Shown: piece by piece, positions 41,829 through 50,884 of the stretch
How the letters are laid out: each line of letters starts with the position of its first letter
Position numbering within the stretch: position 1 is the first letter of the stretch
Assembly (NCBI GenBank): GCA_002084825.1
Contig: NBMF01000009.1
Location: forward strand, 152 to 64,151
From: Fusobacteriia bacterium 4572_74
Lineage (GTDB): Bacteria; Fusobacteriota; Fusobacteriia; Fusobacteriales; Fusobacteriaceae
Direction: 5' to 3'
DNA length: 64,000 nucleotides
Notes under the pieces: model-generated
What the model saw: the letters and a program-made list of their open reading frames with translations, nothing else
What the model was told of the DNA's origin: nothing
The model's database searches: none
Translations under genes and position numbers: made by a program

Positions 41829-42446
41829 ATGAGGAAAATGAAAAAAAGTTTATTATTATTGGCGGGTCTGTTAATGGTTTCTTCACTTGCGTCAGCTAGA
41901 GTAGTAGGTACAAGTGCGGCAGATCCAAATTTTCAAATCAATGGTAATGATGAAGTGTTGACTTTTAGAGTTAATGCAAATGTTAAAGTACCTTTAGCAG
42001 CTTGGTGGAAAGATAAAGGATTCTTTGGAAGCAGAACTTTAGTAGAAAATTTAGGTTCTATTACAATGGGGCAAGCTTTACCAGCTATTCCTATAAAAGA
42101 GATTTATGTAATAGCTCCGTATAAGTCTACTAATAACGTAAAAGCTACATAAAGTATTGATACTTTAGTATTAACAAATGGAACAGATAACCTTTCTATT
42201 GATATGGAACTTAGAGATAAGAATGGTTCTAGTAATTATGGTTCTAGTATAAAGATTGATGCAGATTCTGCCGATGACGATGGCCTTGCTGTTACAGCTG
42301 CTCAGACTGCAACAGGTTTAAATTTTGGTAGTTATGTTGGTGGAGAAATTATAGAAGTGATAGCAGATACTTCTACTGCAATAGTTCCAGTTTCTTCTGG
42401 AAATTATACTGGTGACACTAAAATAACCGTTACATTAAATCTTTAA
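41829..42446 (+). pseudogene. Secreted pilin-like subunit with in-frame nonsense codon
   Basis: Both ORF-track pieces share a frame, separated only by TAA 42150-42152; signal peptide; C-terminal GNYTGDTKITVTLNL strand. Confidence 0.65.
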
Positions 42447-42559
42447 GAGTAAAATTTAAAACATATCTATTAATCTAGCAGTTCTTTGACACTAAATTTA
42501 TAGAAAATAAAGTTAGAAAAAGTCATAAAAAAAAGATAAAAAGAGGGGGCTTAATATTA

Positions 42560-42820
42560 TGCTATAACCTGTAGACTAGACACTAGAAAAAAAGTGTCAA
42601 AGTTTGCAGGTTTTTATATGCTTTAAAATTAGAATTAGCAACTAATGTTATCAAAAAATCTATAAAAAATAATTTGAATTAGTAAAAAATTATTTTATTC
42701 AATTTGACCAAGGTATTTATTATACAAGTCCTGAATTTCAAAACATATTAACACAAAAAAGAAATAAAAAAAGTCATGTCTAGAAGAGATGATTGCTAGG
42801 ATAATGAACCAATGAAATTT
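42560..42820 (+). mobile_element. Highly decayed IS3-family relic
   Basis: FDQGIYYTSPEFQ and MSRRDDC*DNEPM match IS3 integrase HSDQG..Y.S..F and MSR.GNCWDNAPME; TG-starting end-like sequence at 42560. Confidence 0.7.
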
Positions 42821-42863
42821 AAAAAAGATGACTCCTGTAGAATACAGGAATCACCTTTTATTT

Positions 42864-44192
42864 TCACACAGTTAGAGTCGTAGAATCGTCTGGGTTTAAT
42901 ATTTTACACCTTTTAATAAATTTATATCCGATAAGTGCTGTCAAAACTTCTGCTATAGGCATGGTAAACCATATACCGTCTATTCCCCAGATCATAGGAA
43001 AGATAGTGATGCCTATGGTAACAAATATTATTCCTCTGAGAGCAGAGATAAGAGCAGAAAGTTTAGCATTGTCAATAGCTGTAAAATATGCTGACATGAC
43101 CATATTGATACCGTTAAAAAAATAAGCAAAGCAGTAGATCTTGGCGGCTTTAGAAGTAAATGTTAATAATTCTTTGTTATCAGAAAAAGTGCCAATGATT
43201 TTCTCATTAAATATAAACATAGATGTAAAAGCAACAATTCCAATGATGAAAACTGTTTTTATAGCCAAGTTAAAGATACCTCTGATTACATATTTTTCAT
43301 CGGCTCCTAAACTATAACTTATAATGGGCTGTATTCCTTGAGAAACTCCTAAAAGAATAGCGAAAACAACCGTGTTGATATAGTTTATAATACTAAAAGC
43401 CGAAACTCCAATATTTCCAATTTCTTTTATGATAACAAGGTTAAATATAAATATTATAAATCCTAAAGAGATCTCGCTTACAAATTCTGAACATCCATTA
43501 GCTATACCTCTCATGAGAAGATTAATGGAAAAATCTGGTTTTACAAATTTAAGCTGACTGTCATTTCTAAAAAAATCAATGATAAGTATTGTAGAAGCAA
43601 CGACCTGGGATATTCCTGTTGCATAGGCAGCTCCTTTTAGACCATAGCCTAAATAGATAACGAAGATATAATCTAAAATTATATTTAATACTCCACCTAT
43701 TATCAATGCACTCATTGAGTAGGTAGGTCTGCCATTTGTTCGAACAAAGATTTCTAAAAAATATGTTCCCATGAAGAAAATATTAAAATACATGATTATT
43801 TTCATATATTCTATAACCATGATTTTTAAAATTCCGGTAGCTCCTAAAAAACTAGCAGTCTGTTCTGAAAATTTTAAAAAGAAAAAACTCACCCCACCAG
43901 CTACTAAAATAAGCATCAGTACAAAGAAAGTAAATACCTTACTGGCCTCGTGGTTTTTTTTTTCTCCCATCTTGATAGCTATTATGGTGGAGCTCCCTGT
44001 AGCAATCATGATATTTAGTGCAAATGAGAAAGAAATAACAGCCTCTACCATATTTACGGCAGCCAAGCCATTGCTTCCTACAGCTTTACCTATAAATATT
44101 CCATCTACAACTACGTATAGTGAAGTTACCATCATCCCTATAATACCTGGGATGGTGTATTTTAAAAATAATTTTTTTATATTTTTTTTCAT
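42864..44192 (-). CDS. MATE family efflux transporter
   Basis: YVVVDGIFIG, NIILDYIF, GAAYAT, QPIISY. Confidence 0.94.
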   Translation of the reverse strand: MKKNIKKLFLKYTIPGIIGMMVTSLYVVVDGIFIGKAVGSNGLAAVNMVEAVISFSFALNIMIATGSSTIIAIKMGEKKNHEASKVFTFFVLMLILVAGGVSFFFLKFSEQTASFLGATGILKIMVIEYMKIIMYFNIFFMGTYFLEIFVRTNGRPTYSMSALIIGGVLNIILDYIFVIYLGYGLKGAAYATGISQVVASTILIIDFFRNDSQLKFVKPDFSINLLMRGIANGCSEFVSEISLGFIIFIFNLVIIKEIGNIGVSAFSIINYINTVVFAILLGVSQGIQPIISYSLGADEKYVIRGIFNLAIKTVFIIGIVAFTSMFIFNEKIIGTFSDNKELLTFTSKAAKIYCFAYFFNGINMVMSAYFTAIDNAKLSALISALRGIIFVTIGITIFPMIWGIDGIWFTMPIAEVLTALIGYKFIKRCKILNPDDSTTLTV

Positions 44193-44428
44193 GCCTCTCT
44201 CCCTTTTTAATTTTTAGTTCTATAATCAAAATTCCATATTATTTATAAAAATTTTATTTGTTATATATTCTAAACCTTAGAGGTACCCTGTATGATATTA
44301 TTTATCTTAATAAATAATATCATGGATGTTGTTCAAATTTAAATTTTTTTTAGTTATTTTAGTTATTCTTGAGAATATATAAGTGATTAAATCTCATTAC
44401 TCTAAATCAATCAAAAAATAGAGCGAGT

Positions 44429-44457
44429 TTGATAACTTATTCCAAATATGATAAAAT
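44429..44457 (+). promoter_or_regulatory. Sigma70 promoter of the yebC-like gene
   Basis: TTGATA-17-TAAAAT with extended TG. Confidence 0.55.
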
Positions 44458-44500
44458 TATTAAGCTATAGAAAAGAAACTAATAAGCGGAGGTAATTGAG

Positions 44501-45253
44501 ATGGCAGGGCATAGTAAATGGTCTAATATTAAGCATAGAAAAGGAGCTCAAGACAAAAGGAGAGCTCAATTGTTTACAAAGTTAGCAAAAGAGGTAACAA
44601 TAGCAGCAAAAGAGGGTGGGAAAGATATAAACTTTAACCCTAGATTAAGATTAGCACTAGAAAAGGCAAAGAAACAGAGTATGCCAAAGGATAATATAGA
44701 TAGAGCAATAAAAAAAGGTACTGGAGAATTAGCAGGTGTAGAATATATAGAGATTAGATATGAGGGGTATGGTCCAGGTGGAACAGCATTTATTGTAGAC
44801 GTAGTCACTGAAAATAAAAACAGATCTGCATCTTCTGTAAGATCAAATTTTGCTAAAAACGGTGGGAATATGGGAGCTGACGGTGCAGTAGCATGGATGT
44901 TTAATAAAAAAGGTCAAATTATACTAAATTCTGAAGGATTAGATGCAGATGAATTTATGATGGAAGCACTAGAGATAGGAGCAGAGGATCTAATTGTAGA
45001 AGATGATACATTTGAAATATTAACTGATCCTACTGAATTACAAGTTGTAGTAGGAGCCTTGACAGAAGCTGGATATAAATATGAAGAGGCAGAAATAGTA
45101 ATGCTTCCTGAAAATATGGTAAAAGTGGAAGATGAAGAGATGGCTGAAAAAGTTATGAAATTATTTGAAGCATTAGAAGATAATGAAGATGTAAATGATG
45201 TTTACGCTAACTTTGACATTTCAGATGAGTTAATTGAAAAAATAATGGGGTAA
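44501..45253 (+). CDS. yebC: YebC/PmpR family protein
   Basis: MAGHSKWSNIKHRKG, YEGYGPGG. Confidence 0.95.
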   Translation: MAGHSKWSNIKHRKGAQDKRRAQLFTKLAKEVTIAAKEGGKDINFNPRLRLALEKAKKQSMPKDNIDRAIKKGTGELAGVEYIEIRYEGYGPGGTAFIVDVVTENKNRSASSVRSNFAKNGGNMGADGAVAWMFNKKGQIILNSEGLDADEFMMEALEIGAEDLIVEDDTFEILTDPTELQVVVGALTEAGYKYEEAEIVMLPENMVKVEDEEMAEKVMKLFEALEDNEDVNDVYANFDISDELIEKIMG

Positions 45254-45284
45254 AAAAAGGATTCCTAATGGAATCCTTTTTTTT
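45252..45284. terminator. Bidirectional terminator
   Basis: aaaaaaaggattcc-taat-ggaatcctttttt. Confidence 0.8.
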
Positions 45285-45357
45285 CTAGAAAATATAAGAT
45301 TTATATAATAAATATAAAATATAGATTATATCTATCTGCCTGCAACGTTAAGTTTAT

Positions 45358-47496
45358 TTAATATTTTTTTCTAAATTGTCTCGGACCTCTATACTGATCT
45401 AAATACTGCACTGGTACTACTTCTACCTCTAATTGACTGAGATCAGCCCGAACGATAGATACTTCTATGCTATCTCCTAATTTAAAGATCTCACCTGTAT
45501 CTTCATTTGTCATAGTATAATTTACTTCATCAAAGACGAAATAGTGAGGAGAGTTGACTCCATCAAAGAAACACTCTACGTGTTCCTCTGTCTCGAAGAA
45601 TATCTTAGTTTTATTGAATCCAATAATTCTACTCTTATATTCCTCACCAATCTTATCTATCATATATTCTACAATCTTTATTTTTACACTTTCTGATTCT
45701 AACTTCATAGCTGTTCTTTCTGTTTTTGAAATATGTGATCCAATGGCAGATATTTCATCTTTAAATATCTTTATGGTTTTTTTACTTGGATAACCTGTAA
45801 GAGTTTCATTGATAACTCTATGAACCATAAGGTCGGCATATCTTCTGATTGGAGAAGTAAAATGTGTGTAATAGTTTGAAGATAATCCGAAATGTCCAAT
45901 ATTATCTACAGTATACCTGGCTTGTTTCAAACTCATCAAGATAAGTTTATGGATGATCTGGCTATTGCCGTCCTCTTTAGATTGCTCTATTATTTTTTGG
46001 AACTTTCCAGGGTGTAAATCTTCATGAGAATGAAGGCTGTATCCAAACTTTTTAATAGAATCATTTAATGCAGTAATTCTATCTGGATCAGGTTTTTCAT
46101 GGGTTCTATATAGGAATGGCAATTCCATCCAAAATATCTTTTCAGCAACAGTTTCATTGGCTGCAATCATGAAATCTTCTATAATTTTTTCAGATTCCCC
46201 TCTTTCGATTACTTTAAGATATTCTACTTTTTTGTTCTCTCCTAAGACAGCTCTTACTTCAGGAATATCAAAATCAATACTTCCCCTAGAGTATTTTACC
46301 TCTCTGAGGATATGAGATAATTCTAACATCTCAAAGACCATCTTATTTATATCTTTATATTCCTCTGTATAATCTTTATTTCCCACTAAGATCTTGTTGA
46401 CTCCCCCATAGGTCATTCTATGAGCGGTAGAAATTACAGCTTTATAAGTTTCGTGGCTTACTATCTGCCCTTTGTTGTCAATCTCCATTTCACATGTAAA
46501 TACAAATTTATTTTCATGGGGATTCAATGAACAGAGTCCATTTGAGATTTCCTTGGGAAACATAGGGATTACTCTGTCTACTAAATATACTGAGTTCCCC
46601 CTTTTACGAGCCTCCATATCTAGAGCACTTCCAAATGGAACATAGTAAGAAACATCGGCGATACAGACTATAAGTTTAAAATTTCCATTCTCTAATTTTT
46701 CCACATAGACAGCGTCATCTAAATCCTTGGCATCATCTCCATCAATGGTAATGATGGGAAGATCTCTTAGGTCATGTCTTTTTGCAATTTCTTCTTCTGA
46801 AAGCTGATCGCTCAATTCTTTTGCTTTTTTTATTAGCTTAGGAGAAAAATTCATAGATAAACCTTCTCGAATAATAAGAGCTTCAATCATATTGTTGGTA
46901 TCATAAGGATCTCCGATTCTCTCGGTGATCTTACCTTCGGGTTTTTTATCTTTGTCTCCCCAAGATATGATTTCACAGACTACAAGTTCACCGTTGTGAG
47001 CTCCTCCATTGAATCTTTTTGGGACAAATATATCATTTCCAAATGAATGGGTAGGAACTACAAATCCAAATCGTTCATTGGCTTGATAGATACCGATAAT
47101 GGTATTTTTTTCCCTTTTTAAAATTTTGACTACTTCTCCATCTTTTTTAGCTCCGGTAGTTTCACTAGATATCTGTACCATAACGAGATCTCCGTTGAAT
47201 GCACCGTTAAATTTAGATTTAGGGATAAATACACCAAAATCTTCCGTATCAACAAACGCAAATCTGTCTTTTACTACATCTAAATTTCCAATTATATATC
47301 CTAAATTATGAGGAGTGTTATACTTTCCTCTTTTGCTTAAGATAAGGTCTCCTGACTCTACTAATTTATCTAAAAAATCTCTATTTTGTTTTTTTAATTT
47401 AGGAGACCAACCCATATAAGATGTGATCTCACTTAAAGTTTTTCCTTTACCTTTTTTGAAAAGGTCTAAAACTTTTTTTTCATCATTTTTATTCAT
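45358..47496 (-). CDS. rnr: Ribonuclease R
   Basis: TIDGDDAKDLDDA, HFTSPIRRYADL, CSD and S1 domains. Confidence 0.96.
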   Translation of the reverse strand: MNKNDEKKVLDLFKKGKGKTLSEITSYMGWSPKLKKQNRDFLDKLVESGDLILSKRGKYNTPHNLGYIIGNLDVVKDRFAFVDTEDFGVFIPKSKFNGAFNGDLVMVQISSETTGAKKDGEVVKILKREKNTIIGIYQANERFGFVVPTHSFGNDIFVPKRFNGGAHNGELVVCEIISWGDKDKKPEGKITERIGDPYDTNNMIEALIIREGLSMNFSPKLIKKAKELSDQLSEEEIAKRHDLRDLPIITIDGDDAKDLDDAVYVEKLENGNFKLIVCIADVSYYVPFGSALDMEARKRGNSVYLVDRVIPMFPKEISNGLCSLNPHENKFVFTCEMEIDNKGQIVSHETYKAVISTAHRMTYGGVNKILVGNKDYTEEYKDINKMVFEMLELSHILREVKYSRGSIDFDIPEVRAVLGENKKVEYLKVIERGESEKIIEDFMIAANETVAEKIFWMELPFLYRTHEKPDPDRITALNDSIKKFGYSLHSHEDLHPGKFQKIIEQSKEDGNSQIIHKLILMSLKQARYTVDNIGHFGLSSNYYTHFTSPIRRYADLMVHRVINETLTGYPSKKTIKIFKDEISAIGSHISKTERTAMKLESESVKIKIVEYMIDKIGEEYKSRIIGFNKTKIFFETEEHVECFFDGVNSPHYFVFDEVNYTMTNEDTGEIFKLGDSIEVSIVRADLSQLEVEVVPVQYLDQYRGPRQFRKKY

Positions 47497-47509
47497 AATT
47501 TTTCTCCCT

Positions 47510-48070
47510 TTATTTTTTCAACTCTCCTAAGATACAATTTCTCATGTCCACAGTATTTGGATGGATAATGGCATCAATTTTTAGGAGATATTTTAATTTT
47601 CTATCTACTTCAAATAAGATAGCATCATTGATACAAGTTTTGGCCTTTTCCCTAATTAAATCTACATTGGGATAGTTTCTGTTTGGTTCTGTTGCATCGG
47701 CTATATATATTATTTTTTCTAAGGTTGTCATCCCTCTTCTGCCAATAGTGTGGTATTTGATGGCACTCAGGATATCTTCATCACAGATTCCCAATTCTTT
47801 TTTTGCATAAATACTTCCTGCAAATCCATGAAGTAACTCTCCTATATCTCCATAATATTTTAGTGTTTCATCACAATCTATATAGGAGTGGAGTTCTTTC
47901 AAAGTCATACATTTAGAAACATCATGGAGAAGAGCCGCTATCTCGGCACGGTGTTCATTGACATCATATTGTTTTGCTAAAGAGATGGCTACCTCTATGA
48001 CTCCTAAGGTATGTTGATACCTTTTAGGAGGTAGAGATTTCTTTATATGGTCATATAGTTTATTTAACAT
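47510..48070 (-). CDS. yqeK: YqeK Ap4A hydrolase (HD domain)
   Basis: RYQHTLGV, LLHD, LLHG, YHT.G, AD..EP.R. Confidence 0.88.
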   Translation of the reverse strand: MLNKLYDHIKKSLPPKRYQHTLGVIEVAISLAKQYDVNEHRAEIAALLHDVSKCMTLKELHSYIDCDETLKYYGDIGELLHGFAGSIYAKKELGICDEDILSAIKYHTIGRRGMTTLEKIIYIADATEPNRNYPNVDLIREKAKTCINDAILFEVDRKLKYLLKIDAIIHPNTVDMRNCILGELKK

Positions 48071-48136
48071 AAAAACCTCCGTTATACTTTTTAATTATCT
48101 AAAAAATCATTTGATTGGTTAGAGTTTATACTTTTT

Positions 48137-48706
48137 TTAGATGTCTAAATTTTGAGTGTAAAAAGTTCTGAGATTATACCATTTTAATTTTTTTGCTTCT
48201 ATACCATTAATAAGTATTTTTACTCTGTTGATTCCCTCTAAGTTTGTATAGGTGTTGACCAAAGAATATATGATTAGAAGCTCCTGTTCCTTGGTTCGGA
48301 TACTTTTAGTGATATTAGAACTGAGATTAAGATATAGTTTGTCACCTACAAGGTAGGAGTTTAATAAAGTTATATTGGGATCCATAAATGGATAGTAGTT
48401 TCCCTTTTCGTCTTTAATCTGGTAATTACTCTGCTTTTGGATTTCATTAAAGATAGATTTTACTTCTAGAGCAAAGTCTTCCTTAATAATCTCTATATTC
48501 AATGAAATTAGGCTATTCAAAGAATCGTTTGGAGTGTAAATTTTTATTATTTTGATGTTAGAAACTGCTTGTAAATTTTTATGGTTAGTAATTTTTTTTA
48601 TAGGGATCTCACTTCCAAGAGTGACGTATTTATAGAAAAAAATACTACTTATCAAGAGGAAGACAATAGAACCTCCTAAGATAATTAAACCTTTTTTATC
48701 CTTCAT
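48137..48706 (-). CDS. GerMN domain membrane protein
   Basis: LYLNLS..YSLVNT.T...I..VKILING. Confidence 0.85.
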   Translation of the reverse strand: MKDKKGLIILGGSIVFLLISSIFFYKYVTLGSEIPIKKITNHKNLQAVSNIKIIKIYTPNDSLNSLISLNIEIIKEDFALEVKSIFNEIQKQSNYQIKDEKGNYYPFMDPNITLLNSYLVGDKLYLNLSSNITKSIRTKEQELLIIYSLVNTYTNLEGINRVKILINGIEAKKLKWYNLRTFYTQNLDI

Positions 48707-48725
48707 AGTTGATCTCCTTAATATT

Positions 48726-49653
48726 TTAATAAAAATGTTTTTTTATAGCTTTGGCTATTTCGTTAGCAGCTAATTTTTGATATTTACTTTGTTTTAATTT
48801 ACTTATATCTGAGGTGTTTGTAATAAATCCAGCTTCTACTAACTACTTTGGCAGAAATTTCCTTATTTTTTTTATAAAATAGCTGTCCCATAATAAGGGT
48901 TATATCATCGGCATTTTCCCCAAATTTGCTTCCTACACTATTTTCAAAAATAGCTACTTTTTTGGCATAATTAGATTCCGTTCTGGAAAAGTAAAATATA
49001 TCTGCTCCACTGCCCTGTGAACTGTTGCTAGCATTCAAATGGATACTTACAAAAAAATCACCTTTAGCTTTATTTCCTATATTTGGTCGACCGGATAAAC
49101 TAATAAAAGAATCCTTGGTTCTAGTCATGATTACATTAAAATCTTTTCGAAGGTTAGTCTTAAGATATTTAGCAATTTTTAGTGCTATATCTTTTTCATG
49201 ATATCTGTTAAAACCAGTGGCACCGGGATCTTTTCCACCATGACCTGCATCTATGATGATAGTATATTCCTTTTTAGCTTTATTTTTATCAAAATTCAAT
49301 ACAAATCTTGTGGGGTTAGACCAATAACAAGCACTATAATTTATATTGTTTTTAAAAAATATAAAGATACCAGTGGAGTTATTATATTTTCTTATTTTAA
49401 TATTTTTTACATAACTTCCATTGATTATCTTATTTTTTAAATTTGAAGAAGCCTTTGTATTTAAGAATTCAACAAAGAGGTATCTATTTTGTTCGTCATA
49501 ACTAATATTATACTTAGGCTTAATATTTCCTTCCACATCGATAACCATTTGTGGAGGATTACCATTAAATCTTAGATTTTTTAATAAAATTTGGTTAGAA
49601 AATCCTATAGTAGTTAGGATAAAAAAAAGTAGGACTAAATTTATTTTTTTCAT
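48726..49653 (-). pseudogene. N-acetylmuramoyl-L-alanine amidase (Amidase_3) with C-terminal deletion and frameshift
   Basis: IDAGHGGKDPGA, EK, SIHLNA in frame; LVEAGFITN..IAKAIKKHFY* lies out of frame after about 48845. Confidence 0.87.
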
Positions 49654-50054
49654 TGAGCACTCCTTATATTATGTTAGGTTAAGATTAAAACTATCAAGTT
49701 ATATTTTATCATATATTATAATATAATGTGTAAATTTTTGTCAAAAAAAGTAGATATTATGAATGGCAGCATTGGTGCCGACAACCTATTCGGAGGGATA
49801 TATCTTCCAATGTGATTGGTGGGAATACTAGAGACGGACATTATATAGGCGTTGGTATAGGGAAAAATATAGAAGGGTTGAAAATAGAGATAGAAAAATA
49901 AGAGGTTTATATGGGTTAATGTTTTGAGGGAATTTTTATTTAGGAAACTTTATTTTTCTTTTAAAACATGTGATATAATTTTGTTGCTATCATATATTAA
50001 TATGGTGTTTAGGAGTATATTAATAGATGGTAATTTTAAAATAAAGGGACTGGT

Positions 50055-50646
50055 TTGATGTTAAAAAAAGAAATTAAAAAGGTGGATATACTATCTTTGG
50101 CAATTGGGGCAATTATAGGAACTGGAGCATTTATTCTCCCGGGAACTATGTTTTTAAGAGCAGGGATGATAAATTCTATTATAGCCATCCTTATGGGTGG
50201 AATCATAATGGTTGGAATAGTGTTTTTATTTTTGAGCTTAGCTATCGCTAAAGTTGGAGTAGATAATTTACATACCGCTACCCTTCCTTAGGGGTCAAAA
50301 GATCAGTGTTTCTAATATATTAAAGATATTATCTATAGCTCCTATGTTATTTGTCAGATTCGATTGTATTCCGCAGGTTGCAGAAGAACTAAATTTTAAA
50401 GCTGAAGAAGCTTCTAAATTAGCGGTATTTTCTATTTCAATAGGAGCTTTAATCTATTGTTCAATCTTGTTTTTTACAAGTTTCGGTCTAACTCTAGAAG
50501 AGGTTACAAGTGGAGATATAATATGGGCAACTGGGCATACAGTCGAGTATTATTTTGGTAAGATTGGATTATGGTTTGGAAGAAATGTATTGGGGTGGAT
50601 AGTTGGGACTTCTAGTGTGGGGACTCATAGGATTATTTTTTTATAA
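50055..50646 (+). pseudogene. APC family amino acid permease remnant
   Basis: AIGAIIGTGAF and F..FDCIPQVAEE motifs in about 600 bp with stops and fused segments. Confidence 0.8.
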
Positions 50647-50818
50647 GTTTTATGATCTAAAGGTAGTCCATTACACGAAGGAAGAATTGGATGTATTAAT
50701 TCTAAATAGGGGTTTGGAAGAAAATTTTAATGGGAAATAAAAAAATATATAATTAAGGAGAATGGAATGATAGAAGAAGTATTTAAATTTTAAATTTAGA
50801 TCTCTAGTTGCCTAAAGA

Positions 50819-50847
50819 TTGAAAAAGTTTAGATTTTTTGATATAAT
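50819..50847 (+). promoter_or_regulatory. Sigma70 promoter of the SNF2 operon
   Basis: TTGAAA-17-TATAAT with extended TG. Confidence 0.65.
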
Positions 50848-50884
50848 AGGCATTGATGAATATTTAAATTAGAAATTTTTAAAA

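Noticed and set aside
42150-42152. Stop-codon readthrough or alternative genetic code in the pilin-like gene
   Set aside because: TAA is the main stop codon throughout the window and the neighbouring gene is also broken; a nonsense mutation is simpler.
49759-49881. Relatively GC-rich coding-like fragment upstream of the APC remnant
   Set aside because: Probably a gene relic, but no family is recognisable.
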